45,204 nt of DNA, taken from assembly GCA_031276435.1 (NCBI GenBank), contig JAISNB010000082.1, positions 1-45,204 of the forward strand, read 5' to 3'. The position numbers and the translations under genes are program-made. Below are positions 11,617 to 23,105 of the stretch, one piece after another. Position 1 is the stretch's first letter; each line of letters starts with the position of its first letter. The DNA is from Burkholderiaceae bacterium. Lineage in GTDB: Bacteria; Pseudomonadota; Gammaproteobacteria; Burkholderiales; Burkholderiaceae_C. The notes under the pieces were generated by a model. It was not told where the DNA came from and did no database searches. It was given only the letters and a program-made list of their open reading frames with translations.

Positions 11617-12243
11617 ATGCCCAAGACCGTTGAATTCATTGCCGACCATCTGCCGCGCGTCACGATGGAGGATGTGCGCCGTTTCATCTCTGCCGTCGAA
11701 ATCCGGGATGCCCGGGCCTTCGCGGCCGAGTTGCAGGCATTTGTCCACGAACGTGTGAAAGCGGTGGAGATTCCTGCCGCCCTGGAGGCGGAGACAGTGG
11801 AACAGACCTTGGCGTGCAAGGTGGGCGCACTGCGCGCCAGCACGCGCTGGGTGCCTGGCGAAACCGACATCCAGCGCGGCCGCGCCATGTTACTGGAAGC
11901 CTTCGAGCGGCCGCACAACCTGCCGCTGCCCAAATTCGCCAAGTTGGCGAACAAGTCACGCCAGCAAATCTACAAGGACATTGTTGCTCGCCGGTTGCTG
12001 GCGCTGAACGTGGGGCCGCGCGGCCAGAAGTTGCCTGACTGGCAGCTCGACCCGGTCAAGCAGCAGTTGACGCAGACCGTGCTTCAGGAGGTCAGGAACA
12101 TCGACAACTGGACGATTTACCGTGCACTGTCCGAACCACTCGAAGGCCTGGGGGAGCGTTCGCCAGTGGATGTGGCAACGCCCGGTTCGATCGACGACGT
12201 GGCCAAGTCTGTATTCAACGTGTTGGGCGTACACGTACATTGA
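11617..12243 (+). CDS. Putative antitoxin (central HTH plus MbcA/ParS-like C-terminus) of the RES toxin
   Basis: GGGAG RBS; HTH-like LPKFAKLANKSRQQIYKDI; C-terminal ALSEPLEGLGERSPVD; directly upstream of the RES gene. Confidence 0.7.
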   Translation: MPKTVEFIADHLPRVTMEDVRRFISAVEIRDARAFAAELQAFVHERVKAVEIPAALEAETVEQTLACKVGALRASTRWVPGETDIQRGRAMLLEAFERPHNLPLPKFAKLANKSRQQIYKDIVARRLLALNVGPRGQKLPDWQLDPVKQQLTQTVLQEVRNIDNWTIYRALSEPLEGLGERSPVDVATPGSIDDVAKSVFNVLGVHVH

Positions 12244-12255
12244 GGCGGGCTTGGC

Positions 12256-12975
12256 GTGTACAGCCGATTGCCGTCGTTGCGGATCGATGCGGGTGAACTG
12301 CTTCAGCATGTGAGCCGCGCCATTTATCGGGGCAGTCCGCTGTACTACGGCCGCGACGGCACCAACCGCTACGACGATCCCGCGCGAGCCTACGGCGTAC
12401 TCTACCTGGGCCGTGATCTTCCCACAGCGCTGATGGAGTCGGTGTTTCACAAACACCAGTGGCTCGCGAACACGAAGCGCTCGATCGCGCTGAAAGAAGT
12501 CCGCAGTCGGCTGGTGCGCGCCGTAGGTGTTCTGGACGATCTGCGCTTGGCCGATCTCACGGCAGCGGGCGTTATGGCGGGTTACTTTGGCCTGAATCTG
12601 GAGCAGTTGTCCAGCCGGGACTACACACACACCCAGCAAATGTCTGCTCAGGTGCATGCGATGCACGCAGAGGACGGCCAGCCGTTGTTCGACGGAATCC
12701 TCTTTCCATCACGCAACAACTACCCCGCCGCGAGCATTGCCCTGTTCGAGCGTGCAAAAGCGAAGGTCAGCGTCATTGAGGACATCGACCTGATCGACCA
12801 TGTGGACTGGCCTCGCTTCGTTGCCACCTATCGCATTGGCGTGGAACCAGACCCCGGCCGGGTAGAGCCTGATAACGAAGTGTTCCCAAACAGCTTGGGC
12901 GCCCCACCCGTGCTCACGGGTTGCCCGCGCCACCAGACTGTGCACCTGCAGGCCGGAGCCGCCCGGTGGCGATGA
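12256..12975 (+). CDS. RES-domain protein (NAD+ phosphorylase-like toxin)
   Basis: NRYDDP..YGVLYLG, ALMESVF and DGILFPSRNN carry the R-E-S residues. The last ~30 codons may be a junction extension. Confidence 0.85.
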   Translation: MYSRLPSLRIDAGELLQHVSRAIYRGSPLYYGRDGTNRYDDPARAYGVLYLGRDLPTALMESVFHKHQWLANTKRSIALKEVRSRLVRAVGVLDDLRLADLTAAGVMAGYFGLNLEQLSSRDYTHTQQMSAQVHAMHAEDGQPLFDGILFPSRNNYPAASIALFERAKAKVSVIEDIDLIDHVDWPRFVATYRIGVEPDPGRVEPDNEVFPNSLGAPPVLTGCPRHQTVHLQAGAARWR

Positions 12976-13032
12976 TGTTGGTGTTCAAATGATTTGCCTG
13001 AGCCGCTCTGCAATCGTCATGGCGGTCTTCCT

Positions 13033-14316
13033 TCAGATTGGCTCGACGGCTGCCGCTGTCCGCGCGGATTCAGCAGAAGAAGCTTCTGGTGCCGTGCCGA
13101 TGCCAGCTTTTTGCGGCGGCGCAGTGCCATTGACGCGCCAATCACCCACCAGACGGTCGTGATAGACGCGCGGATTGTGCGACGCCAGTGTGCGGGCGTT
13201 GCGCCAGTGCCGGTCGAGCCCGTGTTCCTTCTTGGCCGCCGATGCGCCCAGCGCGTCGAACAGGCAGGTAGTGGCTTCCAGCACCAGATCGGTGACGACG
13301 GTCACGGTTTGGCTGACTTCGATATCGGCCAGCGTATAGGCCTGCTGGCGCGCCGCTTCATCGGGGTTGTCACGTTGCCCGGCAGCGCGCTGCAAGGCAT
13401 GCGCGGCCTGCTGGGCCGCAGCACTCGCCACATAGGCCAGGCTGTGTACGCGCCCCACGATCTGGAGAATTTGCGGGTCCTCGCTGAAGCGGCGCACCTG
13501 CGTGCGACCGCCGTAGATGCGGGTGCGGCTGGCGACCAAAGGTGCGAGATCGCTGGCAGCGGCACGGGCCACGCCCGCGAGAGTGGAAATATGCACAAGT
13601 TGAAAGAATCCCGTAGCGTAGGGGAAACGCTCTGCCGAAGGTTTGACCAGTGCCGCATCAATGTGCACATCGGTAAAGCGGGCCGTGCCGCTGGCGCTGA
13701 GCTGCTGGCCGAAGCCGTCCCAGTCATCGAAAATCTCCACGCCCGCTGCCCGTGTGGGCACCAGTACACTGACGGTCCGTCCGTCCAGTGTTTGCGCCGT
13801 CAGGTTGATCCAGTCCGCGTACAGCGAGCCGCTGGTGTAGTACTTGGCCCCATTGAGACGCCAATGCCCATCATCGGTGGGGGTGAGTTTGGTGCCCAGC
13901 GTGCCCAGGGCATGCTCGCCAGCCTCGGAAAAACCGCTGCCGGAAAAATCCCCTGCGGCCAGATGTTGCAGCCAATGCCGACGCCACGCGCTGTCGGCAC
14001 TGTCCAGCACTTCCTCGACAAAACCCAGATGGGAACGCAAGGCGTTGACCGCGTTGGGATCAGCCTCGCCCAACTCAATCAGGGCGGCGAACAGCTCGCC
14101 CAGGGTAGCACCTCGGCCACCCAATTGCTCAGGCAGACGCCAGCGCGTCAGGCCTGCCTCCCGCAGGGCCTTCACTTCGGGAAACAGCAGTTCGTGCTGC
14201 AGCTCGCGCTGCACGGCCCGTTCGCGAATCTGGCGGAATACCGGCCGCAGCGGCGCGACCAGTTCCTCATAGCGGGCACTGGGGCCTTGCCCCCAGCCGG
14301 AGGCAATATCAGTCAT
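13033..14316 (-). CDS. Acyl-CoA-dehydrogenase-fold flavin monooxygenase (DszC/SfnB-like)
   Basis: LNGAKYYTSGSLYAD, DDWDGFGQQLSASGT and LDRHWRNARTLASHNP motifs. Confidence 0.9.
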   Translation of the reverse strand: MTDIASGWGQGPSARYEELVAPLRPVFRQIRERAVQRELQHELLFPEVKALREAGLTRWRLPEQLGGRGATLGELFAALIELGEADPNAVNALRSHLGFVEEVLDSADSAWRRHWLQHLAAGDFSGSGFSEAGEHALGTLGTKLTPTDDGHWRLNGAKYYTSGSLYADWINLTAQTLDGRTVSVLVPTRAAGVEIFDDWDGFGQQLSASGTARFTDVHIDAALVKPSAERFPYATGFFQLVHISTLAGVARAAASDLAPLVASRTRIYGGRTQVRRFSEDPQILQIVGRVHSLAYVASAAAQQAAHALQRAAGQRDNPDEAARQQAYTLADIEVSQTVTVVTDLVLEATTCLFDALGASAAKKEHGLDRHWRNARTLASHNPRVYHDRLVGDWRVNGTAPPQKAGIGTAPEASSAESARTAAAVEPI

Positions 14317-14335
14317 CGTATGGATACTCCTGCCA

Positions 14336-15352
14336 TCAACTCACGTAGGGACGGCGGCCAAAGAACAGGTGTCCGGGATCATTGAAACCGGGCGTGGAGG
14401 AATGGCCTGTCGCCACCAGACTGTTGACCAGCGCCTCATCTTCCGCGGTGAATTGGTACTGCAGAGCGGGCAGGTAGTCTTCCCATTGTGCCTCGGTGCG
14501 CGGGCCAACGATGGGAGCCGTAATCAGGCGGTTGTTGAGCACCCAGGCCAGCGCGAACTGGCCCGGGCTGATGCCACGCGCGGCGGCATGCGCGCTGATG
14601 ATCTTCGCCAGCTTCAACGATTCCTCGCGCCATTCGGTCTGGTGCAGGCGTTTGTCATTGCGGCCTGCGCGTGTATCGGAACCGGGCTGTTCGCCGGGCT
14701 GGTATTTTGCCGTCAGCACACCTCGCGCCAGCGGGCTGTAGGGCACCACGCCCAAGCCGTAATGATCGGCCGCATCCAGATGTTCGAACTCGATCTGGCG
14801 ATTGGCGAGGTTGTACAGCGGCTGGCTGGCAATGGGGCGATCCACACCGAGCTGATCGGCCACGCGGCTGTATTCGGCAATCTTCCAGGCGCGATGGTTG
14901 GACAGACCCCAGTAACGAATCTTGCCTTCGGCCACCAGTTCGCTGAGAGCGCGAACCGTCTCCTCCGGGCGAGTCAGGTGGTCTTCGCGATGCTGATAGT
15001 AGATGTCGATGTAATCCGTCCCCAGCCGCTTGAGGCTGCCTTCGACTGCCCGGCGAATGTACTTGCGCGTCGCGCCCTGGCTGTTGGGATCGGCACCGCG
15101 CGGACTGGCGAACTTGGTGGCCAGCACCCAGTCGTCGCGCTGGACGCGAATTGCGTTGCCCACCACCACCTCGGACTGGAAGTTGGCATAACCGTCCGCC
15201 GTGTCGATGAAGTTGATGCCTTGCTCGCGGGCGCGGGCAATGATGCGGCGGGACGTTGGCTCATCGGTCTCGCCACCGAACATCATGGTGCCAAGGCACA
15301 AGGGAGAGACGCGCAGGCCATTACGGCCAAGGGGACGGTAAGTGATGCTCAT
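14336..15352 (-). CDS. Aldo/keto reductase
   Basis: LGRNGLRVSPLCLGTMMFG, IDTADGY, LATK, SLKRLGTDYIDIYYQH and YSPLARG motifs. Confidence 0.95.
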   Translation of the reverse strand: MSITYRPLGRNGLRVSPLCLGTMMFGGETDEPTSRRIIARAREQGINFIDTADGYANFQSEVVVGNAIRVQRDDWVLATKFASPRGADPNSQGATRKYIRRAVEGSLKRLGTDYIDIYYQHREDHLTRPEETVRALSELVAEGKIRYWGLSNHRAWKIAEYSRVADQLGVDRPIASQPLYNLANRQIEFEHLDAADHYGLGVVPYSPLARGVLTAKYQPGEQPGSDTRAGRNDKRLHQTEWREESLKLAKIISAHAAARGISPGQFALAWVLNNRLITAPIVGPRTEAQWEDYLPALQYQFTAEDEALVNSLVATGHSSTPGFNDPGHLFFGRRPYVS

Positions 15353-15731
15353 AGGACGGATGGATGATGCTGTCGTGAAAAATGGAAATACAGATTTTGC
15401 ATTTTTTCGTGGATTCCACAAAATATCCATTTATCATGAGTTCATGCGGAATAGTCATTACATTTTCATGGCATGAGCTTATTCTTTTTAAGGCATTTTG
15501 TCAAAACCGAATGGTTTCATGGATTACCGCGGCATCGGCCATGGGAAAGCCGATTCATCCGCCCCAGGGTCCGTGCGCGCCTGCCCTCGGGATCGGGATG
15601 GGCGGCAAGGCGGAGGATTTTGGCCTCAAAAAACAAGGCGGCGCAGGCCCAAAGATGGGGGGAGGCGAGGGCATCCGGCTTGAATCCAGCGCACCCCAAA
15701 ACCAATCAGTCCATATGGATATTCAAGTATT

Positions 15732-15780
15732 CGCTAATGAATTAATAATCTTTGACTTATCGCAATCCGGTTCATACAAT
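15732..15780 (+). promoter_or_regulatory. Sigma70 promoter of the Dpp-type operon with an upstream GCTAATGA element
   Basis: TTGACT(15752)-17 nt-TACAAT(15775); GCTAATGA lies 10 nt upstream of TTTGAC. Confidence 0.7.
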
Positions 15781-15813
15781 GCACGATCCTTTTTCAACAA
15801 TTTTTCCGTTTTC

Positions 15814-17406
15814 ATGTTTCAAAACCACAAAAATCTGCTCTCGGGCGCTGTACTGGCGCTTGGCCTTGCCTTGGGTGTGCTGCCCGCGGGCGCTTTGGCA
15901 CAGCCCCAAAAACACGGTGGCACGCTGCACTGGATCGTCACACCCGAGCCTGCAAGCTTCATCCCGCTGACGACCACGGCGGGGGGCAGCACGGAGCTGG
16001 GACCCAAAGTCGTCGAAGGCCTGCTGACCTACGACTTCAAACTGCAACCCATCGCGCAATTGGCCACTGCCTGGGAGGTTTCGCCCGATGGCCTGCAATA
16101 CACCTTCACCTTGCGCCAAGGCGTGCAATGGCACGACGGCAAGCCCTTCACCGCGGCGGACGTGGCCTACTCCATCCAGACGCTCAAGACCGTGCACCCG
16201 CGCGGGCGCGTGACATTTGCCAACATCAGCCAGATCGAAACGCCCAATGCGCACACCGTGCGGTTGATACTCAGCAAACCAGCGCCATATCTGCTGGCCG
16301 CCCTGGCCGCGGCCGAATCCCCCATCGTCCCCAAGCATTTGTATGAAGGCAAGGATGTCGCCTCCAACGAACTGAACAATGCACCCATCGGCACTGGGCC
16401 ATTCGTGTTCAAGGAATGGGTGCGCGGCAGCCATGTGCGGCTGGAGCGCAACCCCAACTACTGGGACAAGCCCAAGCCCTATCTGGATGCCATTGTGGCG
16501 CGCTTCATCCCCGAGGCGGCGTCCCGCGCCGCCGCGCTGGAATCGGGCGAGATCCAGTTGGCCAACAAGGCCATCCCGCTGTCGGACGTCGAGCGTTTCA
16601 GGAAACTGCCCAACGTCCTCGTAGAAATTACACCCTGGCCCTACGTGGGCGACCATCAGCAGATTTACTTCAACTTTGAATTCGCGCCGTTCAAAAAACG
16701 CGAAGTTCGCCAGGCCGTTGCCCAGTCCATCAACATCGCGGCGTTTGCCAAGACCATCTGGTTTGGCCACGGCGTCATTTCGGCTTCGCCTATTGGCAAG
16801 GCCGAGGTACGCTACCACAACGACGCCATCCGGCATTACCCCTATGACGTCAAGGCCGCCGAAGCCCTGCTGGACAAGGCCGGTTATCCGCGCGCAGCGG
16901 ATGGTACGCGCTTCAAGGTGCGCATTCTCTACAACCCGTTTCAGGATCGGCGCGCGGCAGACTTTCTGCGCCAGTCGCTGCAACGCGTTGGTATCGCGGG
17001 CGAGATCGAGGCGCTGGACTTTGCGACCTACGTCACGCGCGTCTACACCGACCGCGCCTTCGACATCGTGCTCGAAAACCTCACCAACCTGTTTGACCCG
17101 ACGGTCGGTGTGCAGCGCGTGTTCTGGTCGAAGAACTTCAAGATCGGGCTGCCGTTTTCCAACGCACCACATTACGTCAACGCCGAGGTGGATCGCCTGC
17201 TTGAAGGCGCGGCCGCCGAGCCTGACGAAGCCAGGCGCCGCAATTTGTTCCTGCGCTTTCAGCAGGTGCTGCACGACGATGTCGCCTCCATCGAACTGGG
17301 CGCCAACCCCAACGTCACGGTGGTGGACAGGCGCCTGAAAGACTATGCCCTTACCGCCGAAGGCACGCGGGGCAGCTTTGCCAACACCTATTTCGACAAG
17401 CCCTGA
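15814..17406 (+). CDS. ABC transporter substrate-binding protein, family 5 (copy 1)
   Basis: Signal peptide; LATAWEVSPDGLQYTFTLRQGVQWHDGKPFTAADV and PIGTGPF signatures. Confidence 0.95.
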   Translation: MFQNHKNLLSGAVLALGLALGVLPAGALAQPQKHGGTLHWIVTPEPASFIPLTTTAGGSTELGPKVVEGLLTYDFKLQPIAQLATAWEVSPDGLQYTFTLRQGVQWHDGKPFTAADVAYSIQTLKTVHPRGRVTFANISQIETPNAHTVRLILSKPAPYLLAALAAAESPIVPKHLYEGKDVASNELNNAPIGTGPFVFKEWVRGSHVRLERNPNYWDKPKPYLDAIVARFIPEAASRAAALESGEIQLANKAIPLSDVERFRKLPNVLVEITPWPYVGDHQQIYFNFEFAPFKKREVRQAVAQSINIAAFAKTIWFGHGVISASPIGKAEVRYHNDAIRHYPYDVKAAEALLDKAGYPRAADGTRFKVRILYNPFQDRRAADFLRQSLQRVGIAGEIEALDFATYVTRVYTDRAFDIVLENLTNLFDPTVGVQRVFWSKNFKIGLPFSNAPHYVNAEVDRLLEGAAAEPDEARRRNLFLRFQQVLHDDVASIELGANPNVTVVDRRLKDYALTAEGTRGSFANTYFDKP

Positions 17407-17425
17407 CAGGAGGAGCCGCCGCGCC

Positions 17426-18427
17426 ATGAGCCAACAAGGTCAAAGCAACTTTGTCCGCATCGTCGGTGTCCTGCGGCGCAACGCCTGGCAGGCCATCCCC
17501 ACGATACTGGGCATCATCATCCTGAACTTCATCCTGATGGAACTGGTGCCGGGCGACGCCGCGGACGTGATCGCTGCCGAATCCGGCGCGGCAACAGAAG
17601 AAAGCATGGCGCAGTTGCGCAGCCACTTCGGGCTGGATTTGCCAATGCTCAAGCGTCTGGGCAACTATCTGCTGAACATTGCGCAATTCGATCTGGGCCT
17701 CTCGCCACGCCACAACACATCCGTGGCCACACTCATCTTCGACCGCCTGGGCAATACCCTGCTGCTGATGGGAACGGCGCTTGGCGTTGCCGTGCTGACT
17801 GGCGCTCTGCTGGGCGTACTGATGTCCGCCCGCGCGGGCAAGTGGCAGGACAAAATCCTCTCCGTGCTGGCCTTGCTGCTGTACTCCACGCCCGCTTTCT
17901 GGCTCGGGCTGATGGCCATCGTGCTGTTTTCCGTCCAGCTCGGCTGGTTTCCCACCGGCGGCAGCCACACCATTGGCGCGGCCCTCACAGGCTGGGACTT
18001 GCTGACCGACAAGCTGCGCCACCTGTTCTTGCCAGCCATTGCCGCATCGGGCTTTTACATCGCCATCTTCTCGCGCCTGACGCGCGCCTCGATGCTGGAA
18101 GTCAACCGCCAGGACTATGTGCGCACGGCTGAATCCAAAGGCCTCTCGCCCGCGCGCATCACTTTCGGCCACGTGCTGCGCAATGCGCTGATTCCCGTCA
18201 CCACCGTCGCGGGCATGCACTTTGGCGCCTTGCTGGGTGGCGCCACCGTGATCGAAACGGTGTTCAGCTGGCCCGGCCTGGGCCGGCTGGCGCTGGAGTC
18301 GGTGCTGGCGCGCGATTATTCCGTCCTTTTGGGCATTTTGTTCCTGTCCTCGCTGCTGGTGATCGCCGCCAACATGCTGGTGGATTTGTTGCAGGCCTGG
18401 CTGGATCCGCGCATCCAGGTGCGCTGA
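17426..18427 (+). CDS. Dpp/Opp-type ABC permease (DppB-like)
   Basis: LVPGD, RLTRASMLEV..QDYVRTAESKGL, HVLRNAL, IETVFSWPGLG and LDPRI motifs. Confidence 0.95.
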   Translation: MSQQGQSNFVRIVGVLRRNAWQAIPTILGIIILNFILMELVPGDAADVIAAESGAATEESMAQLRSHFGLDLPMLKRLGNYLLNIAQFDLGLSPRHNTSVATLIFDRLGNTLLLMGTALGVAVLTGALLGVLMSARAGKWQDKILSVLALLLYSTPAFWLGLMAIVLFSVQLGWFPTGGSHTIGAALTGWDLLTDKLRHLFLPAIAASGFYIAIFSRLTRASMLEVNRQDYVRTAESKGLSPARITFGHVLRNALIPVTTVAGMHFGALLGGATVIETVFSWPGLGRLALESVLARDYSVLLGILFLSSLLVIAANMLVDLLQAWLDPRIQVR

Positions 18428-18460
18428 CCCTTTTTGCTTACCTCCGGTTGAAAGGCTCTC

Positions 18461-19419
18461 ATGACCTCTGTTTCCCTTTCCAGTGCGGACCCTTCCGCGA
18501 CGATGGACTCGTTGCAAGCGGCGGCCAATGTGCTGACCCCCCAGGCCTTGGCTGCCGCCACGCAAGCCCCGTTGTCGGCGCCAGCCCGGCACACGGCCTG
18601 GAAGATGCTGCTGCGCAATTCTTCGGCACTGGCCGGCACCGTGCTTTTGGGCTTTGTCACCTTCGTCGCGCTGTTTGCCAATGTGCTGTTTCCTGGCGAT
18701 CCGCTGGACATGGTCGGCACGCCGCTGGTCTGGCCTGGGCAGGAGTCCGAATTCTTCCTGGGCACCGATTCGCTGGGCCGCAACGTGCTCGCGGGGCTGG
18801 CTCACGGCGCGCGCGTCTCGCTGGCGGTCGGAGCGGTTGCGGCTTGCATCGCGCTGACCATCGGTGTACTGGTCGGCGCCGTGGGCGGCTACTTCAGCGG
18901 CTGGATCGATGACGTGCTGGTGCGCTTGACCGAACTGATCCAGACCGTGCCAACCTTTTTGCTGGTCATTGTCATTGTCGCCATCGGCCAGCCCTCGGTC
19001 GAGGTCATCGTGTTGGCCATTGGCGCGGCTTCCTGGCCGGTCATTGCGCGTCTGGTGCGCGCCGAATTTCGCGCCCTGCGCGAGTCCGAATTCGTGCTGG
19101 CCGCGCGCAGCCAGGGCTTTTCCGACGCCTGGATCATCTTCCGCGAAATCCTGCCCAACGCGCTGCCGCCTGTGGTGGTCACCACTTCTGTGCTGGTCGC
19201 CACCGCCATCCTGATGGAGTCGGCCTTGTCTTTTCTTGGCATGGGTGATCCCAACGTCGTCTCCTGGGGCAGCATGATTGGCGAAGGCCGCGAACTGCTG
19301 CGCACCGCCTGGTACCTCACTGCCGTGCCCGGTGTGGCCATCATTGTGACCGTGCTGTCACTCAACCTGGTGGGCGATGGCATCAACGACGCTTTCAACC
19401 CGCGCCTGCGGGGCCGCTC

Positions 19420-19423
<4 letters not shown>
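18461..19423 (+). CDS. Dpp/Opp-type ABC permease (DppC-like)
   Basis: LGTDSLGR, GARVSL, EFVLAAR, ILPN, ESALSFLG and SWG motifs. Confidence 0.95.
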
Positions 19424-21174
<1,751 letters not shown>

Positions 21175-21280
21175 TAACGCCAGGCTACGGCATCCCACAT
21201 CCGCGTTCCATGGCCCGGCAATCAAAGCCATGAACGTGAGCCGATTTCACACATCCATTCACTTTTGAAAGGCACAAACC

Positions 21281-21625
21281 ATGTCCCGACCCACCCTGTT
21301 CCTGCTGGCGTCCGGCTTTGCTGACGAGAAGCAGCCCGGCAAGAAATTCTTCTGCCCCTCATGCGCCTTCCTCGAAGGCGTGCTGGCCGTATACCCGCAA
21401 ATCAAGGAAAAAATCGACATCCAGCGCGTTCCCTTCCCGCGCCCGCGCCAGCAAGTCATCGCCGCGGCGGGTGAGGAAAACCAGAGCCTGCCGCTGCTGG
21501 TGCTCGCTGGCAAGAGCAATTCGCCCCATGTCACTGGCGAGCACAATGGCCGCAGTCTGGTGGACGGCAAGAAAGCGATTGCCGCCTACTTCGCCGAAAC
21601 CTATGGCATCGACTGGGCGCATTGA
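21281..21625 (+). CDS. DUF3088-family protein with CxxC
   Basis: LFLL..GF.D..PG..FFCPSCAFLEGVLA.YP, F.RPR..VI...GEENQSLPLLVL; 114 aa. Confidence 0.75.
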   Translation: MSRPTLFLLASGFADEKQPGKKFFCPSCAFLEGVLAVYPQIKEKIDIQRVPFPRPRQQVIAAAGEENQSLPLLVLAGKSNSPHVTGEHNGRSLVDGKKAIAAYFAETYGIDWAH

Positions 21626-21793
21626 GCACCTGCCCCCCCGATCCCACCCGCGCTGGCTGCGGGCGCGGCGATGATTTCGGGGCTTCTCGGGTTGATTCCA
21701 ATAGGAGTCATCTCCCATAACGGACGCAATCGGCCGGAATGTGATGACGCCAATGGCTGGTGGCCTGCCCCCATTCACAACACACAGCCTCTT

Positions 21794-22105
21794 ATGACCA
21801 CCACCGCCCGCCAACCCAAGCTCGGCGCCTTCATGCGCCCGGTCAGCATCCATACCGGCGCCTGGCGCGACGCCAACAGCTTCACGCGCGCTTGAAATAC
21901 CTGGCCGAGCGGCTGGAGCAACGCGGCTGCGATGGCTTCAACATCATGTTCCCGTGGCTGCCGGGCGGGCTGGACGCCTTTGTCGACCGACCGGCTGGTG
22001 CCCGAGTTGCAAAGTCGTGGTCTGCCGCGGCGTAAATACGAAGGCGCAACCTTGCGCGAGAACCTGAGCCTGTCCCAGCCAGGCAATCGTTTCTTCGCGC
22101 CGCAG
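21794..22105 (+). pseudogene. NtaA/DszA-family luciferase-like monooxygenase, large internal deletion
   Basis: N-terminus KLGAFMRPVSIHTGAWR joined to C-terminus GCDGFNIMFPWLPGGLDAFVDRLVPELQSRGL...YEGATLRENL, with frameshifts. Confidence 0.85.
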
Positions 22106-22198
22106 GCAGGCCCACCGCCCGCTTTGCCAGCGCCGCCCCCGGGGCGGCGGGCGGGGCGCAAACGCGCTTGCAAAGCAGTGCCGCTGCGCACCCTCAGC

Positions 22199-23038
22199 TC
22201 AGCGCAAGGGAAAGCCCAGTTCCTGCAAAACCTCACGCAAGGCGTAACGCTCATCGCCACTTTGGCTGACATTGCCCAGGCGCGTGGCCAGATGCCGCGT
22301 CCAGAGCGGATGCTCAATGCCTTGCTTTTTCCAGAACGCATCCAGCGTCTGGTCGTAACTTTGCCCAGCCTGCTTCTGGGCGCTGGCGTCGTAATGTTCG
22401 TGATGCACCGCCGCCGCTTGCGGCAAGCGGGGCCGGATATGGGTCACCAGGCCATCGGCGGGATAACCAATGGCCGTGCCAAACAGCGGAAAGACATACG
22501 GCGGCAGTCGCAAATCCTTGGCGATGGCACGAATGTGGCTGCGAATCGCTCCCACGTAGACGGCGCCCAGACCGAGCGACTCAGCGGCCAGCACGGCGTT
22601 TTGCGCGGCAATGGCCGTATCCACCGCCGTCAGCACGACGGATTCGAGGTAGTCCGTCCCGTCAATGCGCACACCTTCAGGCACTTGGGCGAGCAGCCGA
22701 TTGCGCGAGAGGTCTGCCAGCCAGATCAAAAACAGTGGCGCCTGGCGCACAAAGTCCTGGTCCTTGGCCCAAATCGCGTGCTGTTTTTTGTGCGCGACAT
22801 CCTGTAGCGCCACGACACTCCAGACTTGCAGGTTGGACGAACTGGAACCAGCCTGCGCGGCGGCCACCAGTGTCTGCACGGTATTCGCGGGCAACGGCGT
22901 GGGCGCAAAAGAGCGCACCGATCGGTGCTTGAGAATATGGCGCACGACGGCGTTGTCCAGCACGTCGTACTGCTGATCAGGGCCATAGCGCTCACGCACC
23001 AGTTCGGCAAGGGTTTCAATCTTTTTACTCTGGCTCAT
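22199..23038 (-). CDS. NfsA/Frp-family NADPH-dependent flavin reductase (nitroreductase fold)
   Basis: HRSVRSF, AAAQAGSSSSNLQ, VDTAIAAQNAVLAAESLGLGAVYVGAIR and RPRLP motifs. Confidence 0.92.
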   Translation of the reverse strand: MSQSKKIETLAELVRERYGPDQQYDVLDNAVVRHILKHRSVRSFAPTPLPANTVQTLVAAAQAGSSSSNLQVWSVVALQDVAHKKQHAIWAKDQDFVRQAPLFLIWLADLSRNRLLAQVPEGVRIDGTDYLESVVLTAVDTAIAAQNAVLAAESLGLGAVYVGAIRSHIRAIAKDLRLPPYVFPLFGTAIGYPADGLVTHIRPRLPQAAAVHHEHYDASAQKQAGQSYDQTLDAFWKKQGIEHPLWTRHLATRLGNVSQSGDERYALREVLQELGFPLR

Positions 23039-23105
23039 GCTGGACCTTCTTTCATGGTTTTTCCGGGAAAACAATCCACCTTGGGAGATGTCGTCATCGA
23101 TGTTG

